This document shows, in pieces, positions 28,601 through 39,700 of a DNA stretch of 64,000 bases. How positions within the stretch are numbered: the stretch's first letter is position 1; the number at the start of each line of letters is the position of its first letter. Both the position numbers and the translations under genes were made by a program. Source of the stretch: Dimorphilus gyrociliatus (lineage: Eukaryota; Animalia; Annelida); contig CAJFCJ010000006.1 of NCBI GenBank assembly GCA_904063045.1, forward strand, positions 1-64,000, in the 5' to 3' direction. Below the pieces are notes generated by a model. The model was not told the origin of the DNA and searched no databases. It saw only the letters and a program-made list of their open reading frames with translations.

Positions 28601-29498
28601 TCTCCTTACAAACCACGTCGTATTTGTAGATATTTACATAGAGAAAATATTAAACATGGATGGTTTTGGTTCCTTAAGTGTAAAAATAATTCATTTGGCA
28701 ACACAGTCGCCATTACCACCAGACACTCTGATATGAATATAATAGTAATATGCGAGATTGCACTATTTGGAGTAAAAACTAACTTGGACTTTGGAAAGAA
28801 AATGATCTTTAAGAAGCATTTCTTTATGGAAAATTACAATAAATTACAAGTATATTTCAAAGAAAGAATTCAACTGAGCGTCGATTATCCTAAAGTATTA
28901 ATAGTAGACACTGGTAAAAGGGTAAATATTAAGAAAGTAGACATACACTTCTCGAAACAAGGCTCTCCCTCTGGAAATTTTAAATTGTATATTGTTGATA
29001 ATTTTCTTAACTGTTCAGAAGAAGATTATAATGTATGCGATAATCACGATATACTGAAAGATGGACCGATATTGAATAACTCAGTAATTCAATACTTTTG
29101 TAAAAATGACATAGTAATGGGACGTTATTTTATTTTAAAAGGAGAGAATACAATAGAAATAGATGATATTAATTTTTTTGGAGAGATTTGTAAGTGTTGA
29201 ATAATAATAAATCATTTTATATAAATCAATAATGAGTTGTTTTATTCTATCTATAAAAGATTCATTTAAGCGGCTACTTGAAAAGAATTCAACAGCTTCA
29301 TTGAACCAAAAACCATTCGAAGAAATTTTTCAAGCAATCTTTTCAAACTGTAGTCAATTATGCTTTAAAAACAATAAATGTAAATCGTATATATTCAACG
29401 TAATAACGAGAAAATGTTCTCTTTACAAAGAAATTCTGGAATATATTAACCTTCATCTGAACAATTCAATAATGGGATTTTCCCTATTCAAATTATGA
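25629..29498 (+). CDS. Array copy 4
   Basis: MYCIYIFIFCFSIKNLNGAC, PAN YCQSHQNCVGFVF, CFQYLFLKSGC, NLALYRSV...HAVDG, GC-AG intron 26475-26858, NVLKAFDGN...HSC, FGKKMIFKKHF, terminal PAN NCSQLCFKNNKCKSY. Confidence 0.8.
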
Positions 29499-29984
29499 TA
29501 AAAAACCAATTCGATAATGGTATGCCCTACTTTTGAAACTCTGACAATCATTTTGATTAAAACAAATCTAGATTATTCGTTAAAAAGGATACAAGATAGA
29601 AAAGATCAAGAGTCTTTTTTTTTGAAGATGCTTGTCTTTACGAGACAATTTATGAATTAATAAGATAATTGCTAACACATTTGGTCAAGAACTGTTACTA
29701 CTTTATTTTATCGCACATTTTGTATTTTTATTGTTCTATTGTTTTAATTATAAAAGATTTCATTGGACAGTATTTTCAATACAATACGAAAGAAGAACTA
29801 AATTATTCATATCTTATATATGAGTCAACTAGTTTATAGTATAATATCGATATTCAGTGTATTGCTTTAGGAAATTACTATCTCAGATATTGAAGTTTAT
29901 TCCATGAACAAACATTAGTTATATATACCATATTTTTCATATGATATTCACTATTCTTTCAAGCAGATTCACGTTTGTGTTAAA

Positions 29985-32900
29985 ATGAAATTTGCTCATA
30001 TTTTCCTCAAGTTTAAATCAACATTTTCAATTAATGTTTTTATAATTTTTTTATCATCTTTATCCAACTCTAACAGTTTGTTTTCACTAAATCAAGTGAA
30101 AAAAGATCCTGTATATTGTTCTTCTGTACTCTATGATACTTATGGTTAATAAACTTTAACTTTACGACAAAAATTCTTTTTCTCTTACTTCCGATTTTTT
30201 GCTTTTAGACGCAGTTGTCCTTTCATATGTAGATTTCACTGGCGAAACCTTTTTTTCAATGAAATATGACAGTTTTAACGATTGTATTGAAAATTGTTTA
30301 AGTAAATCTAAGTGCAGTGGTGCTACATTTTGGGATGATAAATGCTACTTTTATAAGAAGGTTAATTTAAATGAGAATTCTGGTCTAAAGAGAACAGGCT
30401 ATGCATATTCTTTCTATATTAGAAGTAAGTTTAAAAGTCTATATTACTTTTATAAAACTATCTAATATATAGCTCGAAAGATAAAGTGCGAGAATCCTGA
30501 ACATGAAAAGATAAAGGGAAAATACTGTGCTCAATATTTCTTTTTAAACCAAGGATGTACTTTTAGTAATTTTGAAAGTGCTTATGAGCAGTATAGCTAT
30601 CATTGGAAAAATAATCCTATTGAAGATATTGAAGCTCATGTTGAAAGTATTAAACAATCGACATTCTGCAAAAAAAGAATAAGTTCTGGAAGAATAAATG
30701 TTGCCCCTTTAGCGAAAATACATTTATCTGGAAATATTACGTCATCTCTACTTCATCCCTATCATATGATTGATGATGTTTTAATAAACAATGAGGCATG
30801 TTTGTAAATAATAAAGTTACTTTATTAATGCTGTTTATCTTATTTAGCATCTTGGGAGTTGCTCTTTTATTCTTAGAAATGATACAATTAATATTATTAC
30901 ACATTATTTATTTATACGTGTACAAAGTGTTACTATTCATGGAGCAAATGGCTATTCTCTCCCTCAAGTGGAAATTGCTTTAATTGACGAAACAGAAACG
31001 CTTATGGAATTAGCGAAAGAGAGTAATAGTCTCATGAAAACATTTTTTAGTCCATCGTTGAATCTAACTAAAATGATCAAAATAAATACGATTAATAACG
31101 ATATAAATGGCTGGATTATATGTGAAATACAGATATATACCTGTAAATTATCAACTTTCTCTAATAATTATAGAAAATAGCGTTGATTGTAATCTCTTTC
31201 AGATGATATTTCATATGGTAAACCTCAAATGAACTTGCAAAACGGCTTACCCAATTCTGCCGCTACTGGTACATGGTTAGAAACAGATGACCAGCTCCTT
31301 TTTAATACTTTAATTGACCTTCAAGCCGACTTTATGATTGAAAATGTACATATAGAATTTAATGGAATATCGAGTAACATTTAATTAACTATTTTTTATT
31401 AAAGATATACATTTAACAATTTATTATCCTTTTTTAAGCATTTTCTTCGGTCTACTATACTAAAGATATTAACGAAATAATGACAAATATCAAAACAAAA
31501 GTAATTTGTCAAAACAAGACAAATATCTTCCATTGTCCAATAGAATCTGAAGCAAGATATATTTTGATTGCAAGTAATACAATGAATCAATCTTCTATTA
31601 AAGATATATATGTGTCTGGGCAATATATTAAAAATTATATAGGTATATTTATTTTGATTAAAAACAAGATACAGTATTTACGAGACGAAGGATTTTTGAT
31701 CATTTTCTATTGAATTACAGTAAATGCTGCTTTAAAAAAGGTGATATATCTTTCTTCAAATAGGACTAGTCCGTATTTTGGAAATGATGGAAATTTCAAC
31801 AGTTATATCACTGTTATTCCTGAACAATATCTTACTGTTCATCTGGTTTATGTCTACGTTATTAGATCATTTTCACTACTTTTCTATAGTAAATAACAAT
31901 ATATTAATAAAAAATACCTTTTTTTCTATAAGAATGTCCTATTTTCTGTTAGATGTTGAATATTCAATTTTGATATCTACTGAAGTTTATGGGTCGGGCA
32001 ATAAACACTTTTGCATTGATGGTGCAGTTTTGGAACAGTCATCAGTTTATCAAATCAAAGAGTTTTTCTGTAAAAATTATATGGAAGGAGAATATTTCGA
32101 CCTAATCTCCTCCAAACAGTTTAGAATTTATGAACTTGAAATTTACGGAAGTAGAAAAGAATCATCTGAAATAATTAAATGGGATTTATTAGATTATTTC
32201 ACTTTAAGCTCACAAACTGATAATGATATAATATATAATAATCCTATAAAGGCTTTTGACGGTAAATATCAGAATGAGTTAAAGGATGATAATTTTAAAT
32301 CTTGTAGTAGAGTACCATTCTCAACTATAAGTAGATATAAATGGTATGCTGTTAGAATGAAAAATATATATTTAATTGAAGGATGCATATTAAATTTTGG
32401 GTCAACTGAAGGTGAGACTATAAGAGAATAAAGATTGTATATTCTCACGATAACCGTGTATGTAATTAATAGGCGTTCCCGATGAATTTGATGTATCAAC
32501 AACAAATGAAACCTTAGATACATTAACATGGCCTTCTGTTAGTCGGACTATATGTAAATATATAAAACCTGAAATGCCATATCAAATCTTTTGGCATATA
32601 ACCTGCTCTACTTTGGCTTATGCTAATTATTTGGTTGTTACCGACAGAGGTTCTTTGCAAACAAACTTAACACTTTGCGAATTGACACCTTTCGGAGCGG
32701 AAAGTAATCCTACAACTGGTAAACTGTTAAAGTATGATAAAATGATTCTAGAATCTTCGAATGGACTTTCTAAATCAATCGATATAAATTTAATTTCAAA
32801 TAGTTTAATAGAATACTCAAATGTTCAAAAGTTAATAATAGATTTGAAAATAACAGCGGTTATTTATTTTGTGACTCTACACTTTTCTCAAAAGACTTTA

Positions 32901-33393
32901 AATAACTCTGAAATAACTTTAGCACACACAAAAAACCGATCTTTTAATTATAGTACTTACGAAAAATATTCACCATCACACTTTGGACCAGTTTTGAATC
33001 AGACTATTTTTCAATTTCATAATGCCAATGAAGAGATATTAAAATACTTTAGTATTACTTTTAATGTTGACCACTATAGAGTAGCTAAAGTAGAACTTCA
33101 TGGAATGAGATGTAAGTACTATTTCTATTCTATTTTTAAATTGTCATAAGTATACATGTTTAAATTTATTTAAAGATGCTTTTAGAAGAACCAAATTCCG
33201 TAATGTAGAATCAAAAGTATTCGTCTTAACTACATCATTCTCAAAATGTTCTAACGAATGTTTAAGAATAGAAAATTGTAATACATTTGCCTATAATTCT
33301 GTCAAGAGGGAATGCACCTTATCATCTGAATTGTACAGTTATAAAAAACCAAACGAAAATAATCCTATAATGCTGTCATATTTTCCATTGTAA
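29985..33393 (+). CDS. Array copy 5
   Basis: MKFAHIFLKF...VFIIFLSSL, PAN DCIENCLSKSKCSG, CAQYFFLNQGC, NVAPL...HMIDD, GC-AG intron 30796-30847, NPIKAFDGK...KSC, terminal PAN KCSNECLRIENCNTFAYNSVKREC; stop at 33391-33393. Confidence 0.8.
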
Positions 33394-35873
33394 GATTACA
33401 TGTATATACTGAATATAAATTTATATGTTTATACTGTTTATACTGTTTATAACTGTTTGTTAATGATTTATAACAAACAAAATAAAAAGAAAGAAGGTTT
33501 TATCAATAAATATATTTTTTTTATTGAAAAACTACACTGAACATTGAATTGAATTTTAGGAAATTGAACAATTTTCGTTAAAACATTAACATTGACCTTG
33601 TAAAAAATTGATTGAATAATAGTTATTAATATTAATAGTTTAGCATCATATATAATAAATTATCAAAAATTATAGAAAAATGTCAAAATGAAGGAGATAA
33701 TATTATTAAATTTCATTCTTTTTCTTTTTCAATGAGGAAAAAACAATGAGCTATTCACTGATTGTAAACTGGATATTTATAGTGTATAACTTGTCAACAG
33801 CAATTAGAATAAGATATAGATTACCATAACTTCTGATGTAAAGAAACATATCTATGAATGAATCCTTTATTCTGAAATATTCTTCAATTATAAAGATAAA
33901 TATTGAATTTATGAAAGAGAGTGATTATAAAATTTAAATGTATCTAGTACAAAAAAGAACATTGGTTTTATAAATTGGTTAAATCTTTAGATATTGATTA
34001 CGTGTTCATTTTTCTTTGAACAGCTGGAGAGAATATGACACTCTCATTCAAATTATCCGAATAATATCTTTCTAACTACTCCTTCAATTTATATCTTTAA
34101 GCAAAAAGGAGTGTCTTAGAATGTCCTCTTTTTACAACATCCTAATGAATTGGATTTATTCAGGATAAATAATCTTGAAGGGTAAACTCGGAGGAAGCTG
34201 TGGGGAATTTTTAATGTTTATACAGTATTATTAGAATTGAAGAGAAGAAGTTAATAATCAGACTGTAGCAAATTAACTAATAAATTTTGCAGTAGATTTA
34301 TTTCCTCTGCAATAGTATTTTATTTGGTAAATAAAGAATAATTTATTTCGACAGTTAATATAAAACGAATAATATTGAATTGAACGAGAAATTAATACAG
34401 TCAAAGTTTATTCTATAAAGCAAATAGCTTGTTAAGGTAAAATTGAATTCAATTAAACAATATTAGCATATTAGGAAAAGAGGTATAAATCGACTCTCTC
34501 TTAATTTATCGATTGGCGCTGCAAAGAATTTTGCAAATTATCGATAGAACTAGAAAAATTATATAGTATATTAACCCGAATTTAGGCCTATTGTTCCATC
34601 AAGCCTAGATAATAGTATTAAAAGAGTTCTCAGCAACATTTTCTGTCATATTTCTTTCTTGCTATCGATTATTTATGCATAAAATTATCTATGGATACTT
34701 CTTTCGACGATTATTGTTAATATAATAGTCTAGTAGATGAAGAAGTCTCGAAAAATCTGAAATGTAAAGCGCATACTGCAACAACTGGAATATGTAACAA
34801 TGCCATAGAGATACGTCAAATTTCGAGTTTAATTTTATAAGCAATAATCTTATTTTCCTCTCGAATTTTCTTTTCTTCTCTTAACGAATGATAATTCCTT
34901 TCCATTTATTGATAAAAAGAAATGGTTCTAGTGCTTTATTTGCCTCCGGAAATAAGAATCTATATTGTAGAAGGGTCTTTCCTGATTTTGACGGAGGTAG
35001 ATTAACCTGAATTATTTATTTGCGACAAAAATTAAACTATGCATAAGCATTTCAATAAATTTTCATGCAATACCGTAAACTATTCATAATTTATGTAAAT
35101 TATTAAACGTATTTGCATATTATAACAAACAGAATGGTATTTACAACCATTCTTCATCAAAATGAGCTTTTAGTGTATATATAATCTTGAATTATTCCTC
35201 AATACTTTCGATTATGTCCAATAGATGGCTCTAGATTCTTAATTTCTGTATTTTTACTATTAACTTGAGGAATGTAAACATATATATATACCATTTGTAA
35301 TATAAAGAAATATATTGACAATGTAGAAGTATTAGTTTCAAAAAGATATCTAATGATTAAGCTCTTATGATGATGAAGAAACGAAGAGAAGAAATAATTA
35401 CATTAATGTTATAGTAATATGCAATCAAACGTTAAAATTTCTGAGGTAATCATCTGTAAAATTCATAATATTTAATTATTGCCCTTTGATAACACCAAAG
35501 ATAGTCATTAGTTGTAGTAATACGTTTAATGAATCATATTTATGCGGAAAATTTGAAAATAGAAAGAAACGATTGTACTATGAAGAAATTAGGATAGAAA
35601 TTACCATACAGCTTTACGTAAGATTATAAAAACGAGTCTTTTGGGTAAATAAGTCATATAAAATCTTCAAATTAATTACGAACTGTAAGCGTAAGGGACA
35701 ATATGTCTTCCAAGAATTTTAAAATAATTACACACATGTAAATTACGAAGATAAATAGTGTCTAGAAACGTTGTAGCGAGTTATTGTAGTTTCTCTTATT
35801 CTCTTTCTCTCCTTCTCTCCTTCTCTAATAGCATACACGCACACGAATATAGAAAAATTCTCAACTCACACAG

Positions 35874-35924
<51 letters not shown>
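35874..35924. repeat. Compound (CA)n(TA)n microsatellite
   Basis: CACACA... directly followed by TATATA... Confidence 0.9.
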
Positions 35925-35926
<2 letters not shown>

Positions 35927-36747
35927 CCTTTCTCTGTATAGATGCTAGCTTTATTATTCTACAAAAAAAAACCAGATTATATATTTAACTAATACAGATA
36001 ATGAAAGAGAGAAAACATGACAGACTTAACAATCTAGTTCGTCTTGTAAGTTTCTATTTTTATTGTAAAAAAATATAATAATTCTCAACATTCGGTTGTA
36101 ATTGAGGCAATTGATCATTGATCAATCGAAAATACAAGAAAATATTAGGAATAATCCAAAAAAATTGGATTATTTCATTGATCATAAAGGACAACAGTCC
36201 TATAAAGTAGAACTTGAATTACAATAAGACTAAATTCCAATCCAAATTCTTATTCCTCCTACTTTCCTTTCAAATATAATAGAGATAAATTTTTTATTTT
36301 CTATTTAATTGGATCAAGCTTAGGAGAATTAATTATCGGGGCAGAACATTCTAAATCATCATAATTCCTTCTCAGAATTATTTATATATACTGTATAGAG
36401 CATCGAAAAAAAGGGCCAAGGTTCATGTTAATGTCAAATCATCGTATGTAATTATCATAAATACAAGTATTTAGCGTTGTATAAATAAAAGAGCCTTAAA
36501 TTTAACATTTATTTTGAATCACTGCAAACAATCAAAAAAAATTTACAGTACAGAATGCAGAAGTATTGTAATTTTTTTAAGGAATAAAACAGCATAGTTT
36601 AAAACACTATTTAATTTATAAAACTGCTTATACGTACAAAATTAAGAATATCATTATTAAAAGAATATTTCTAAAAGTCAGATAAAAGGTAAAAATCTAT
36701 ATAAAAAAAATGAGAAAAAACAATTGAACACTAGTAGTATATTTTTT

Positions 36748-39700
36748 TTAGCAATCTGTACTTTTAGGTTCACCACGCGCATGAGCGCTCGAATCAGAAC
36801 ATTGAGCGGAAGTACTGGATACAGGTAGAGGGGAAAATCGTCCTCCTACTATTTCATTATCACTGGTACTCTCATTATCCGAATACTGATAAGCCGAAGC
36901 AAAACTCTCGTTGTGCAAAGGCCTATTTTCGATCGGAGGAGGCGGAGGTGGAGCATGCTCCAGTAAATTCTCCGTTATCCTCATTCTATAGTCTTTATAG
37001 TCCTTATAATACGCAGCTCTTGGGAGAGAAGAGTAGTTGTAGTTTGTACGAGGCAATGATGAGTAATTGGGTGGCTCTGACGTAATGTCATCCCTGGGCG
37101 GAACTGCACGTTTCCCTCTGCCATTCGGTAGCGTCATCAAACCGTCCGGGTGCCTTAAATCCTTGACACTCTCATAGCAAGCTTCATGCTGAGCGGAGGG
37201 TGCTGAGTAGCCTATTGAAGTCAAGGCTAGACCATTATGATTTGAACTTCCGCTTTTCCTAATCGAATTCGAATGTAATTCCCTAGAGGTATCGCCAAAT
37301 TTTTTCAAATTTTCTTCGTTGTCCATTTGACGCTGACGTCTTTGACGCCAAGCACACATTGCCCCGAATATGACAATTAAAACTAACAATGTACCAAGCA
37401 CAATACCAAGGACAAGATAAAGCAATTCTGAGCTGGATTTTTTTGGCCAGTTTTTATCCCGTTCTACAGCATCTACTTCAGACCCATCGATATTAACTCG
37501 TTTCGTATTAATAACTCTAGAATAATTCGTACACTTATCTTCCGCATTTACGGTACAAATCTTAAACGAATATGAATGTCTTAAATCAATGTTTGTAATC
37601 ACTGCGTGTCTTTTTCCTTTTGGCACGGAAACATTGACAAATTTATAATCGGAGGAAGCCGGTTTATAGAATATACTGAATCGTTTTATATTCTTTGCAA
37701 TACCGTCTAATGTCCAAAAGAGATGGATATTATTATCGTTTACTGTTTCTACTTTATCTAGGCGAAATATTATTTTCCTTTGTCCCTTTAATTCAATCCT
37801 CGACAATGGACCATTCTTTGACGTTTTATCTTCGTAGATAGCGTGAACTCTGACCTTATAGAATTTATTCGTCTCTAAATATTCGATTACGTATTCCCTT
37901 CTGTCTCTATCAATACCATCAATTGTTGTCCACTTTAGGTGTTTTCCTTTCATCTTCCGGTGTTGCAGTGAGAATGATGTAATTTTCATTATTTTATAGT
38001 CTTTATATTTCTTGTCAAGAGAGACTTTCGGCTTTTCTATTATTTCCCACCTCACTTTAACTGAATTTCTCCCAACTCTCTTCAATGTCGGCTTGTTGGG
38101 TTTAAAGTAGACTTTCTTGGGCGGCTCTGGGGAAGTAACAGAGAAATCGGTTACTAGATTGTTTTTTCGTAGCTTAAGGCTCAAAAAAAAACGAAACGAA
38201 ATCTACAACAAAGTGACGCCTCCCAGCAAAGATTAGCACAATTAGGACATCGTTAAGCGTAAAGAAGAATGTCGAGTAACGCTGTAAGGCGTTTTAATTT
38301 CCCGTTTACAACATCGCCTGAACAACAATTTAACAACAACAACGGATTTGAAAAGAAGACAATAAACGTATTCTGATGAAAAAATTAAGAAACAGCTACC
38401 TTTCACCCTTATGTAAGCAGACGCTTGAATTGTTTGAGTGTCAAAACTACCCCAGATGTAACACGTGTACAATCCTTCGTGGGTCTTATTTACTTTTTCG
38501 ATGTATAGTTCCTCCTTAGAAATTTTATCGTTTACTGGACGACCGTTGAATACCCATACTAAATTCTTATAATGAACGGCTGAGCATTCCAGAGTAAGTG
38601 GATCTCCTTCAGAAACGGTTTGATTTGCGGGCCCTCTTACAATTTTGGCTTTTCGTCGAAAATTTACTGCAAAAAATTGGACGTCTCATGCAATAAACAT
38701 GCAGAAAGAATTCTAGAATAGTACAATATTTTTAAGAATATTATCTATGAATAGTGAAAGCAAATGGTAAGTAAAATATATATATATATATACTGTATAT
38801 GTATACTATTTACTTTCTTTTAAAGATAGAGCGAGGGAAAAATTTTACTCTAAGATAAGGTTTTGTTTACTTCAACAGCGCCTCTAGCGAATTTGTCAAC
38901 CGATCAAAAGGAATGAAAATGTTTGTCTTTTTTACTTTGTTTCAATTCAAAATATTTCAAACAAATGTTTTATGAGATTGATTCAATGAAATATTTTGTC
39001 TTTTTTAATGTCTCTTTTATACATTGATAAAAAAAAGACTAATTAATAACTAAAGTTAATTAAAAACATAAAAAGGAGTGTAAAAAATACATAAAAAGAA
39101 TGAAGGGGAGTAGAGAGAGAGAAAAAAGAGTAAGTTAAAGTAACCTTCCCTTTTGAGCGTATAAAAGAAAAAGGCGTTGGCAAAGTAGGTGAAATAAAAG
39201 AGTTTTAGAGGGAGGGGGGGCTTTACTAGATCTTTAAAAAATATCTATCTCGTCTATTCAGTACACTACCTGACGGTTTTTCAGTAATAGGAGCCTTCTT
39301 GGGTGAAGTACTATCAATATTCAAGTAAACTGTTCCAATATCGGTACCAAGTTCCGACCGAGCTTCGCACTGGTAATAGCCTTCATCTGATTTCTTAGCC
39401 ATTTCGATAATTATAGTTGTCCCTACAGGAGAACATAACATTTATTATTCAGCTTATAGAAATTATTAGGATTGAAATAAGTGCATACGCGTTCGAAAAT
39501 TGCATGTATATAAATAAAGAAGGGAAAAATACTGAATAATTACTCATTTTGCCTTTATTTCCCTTCCTTATTTATACCATTTATTAAATTTATGTAGTGT
39601 TCATGTAAACAGACGTACACTATAGCTTAGATAAATAAATACATACCTATAGATGTATAAATTGTATTCTTATTGTATTTAAATATAAATATATACTGTA

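Noticed and set aside
13640-33393. Array as a CRISPR-like or satellite DNA repeat, or as one giant gene
   Set aside because: No repeated nucleotide unit; each unit has its own ATG with signal peptide and its own stop after the terminal PAN exon.
33600-35600. Decayed LRR/NTPase pseudogene (fragments DCSKLTNKF on +, PSKSGKTLL on -)
   Set aside because: Fragments are short, on opposite strands, and riddled with stops; no coherent exon path.
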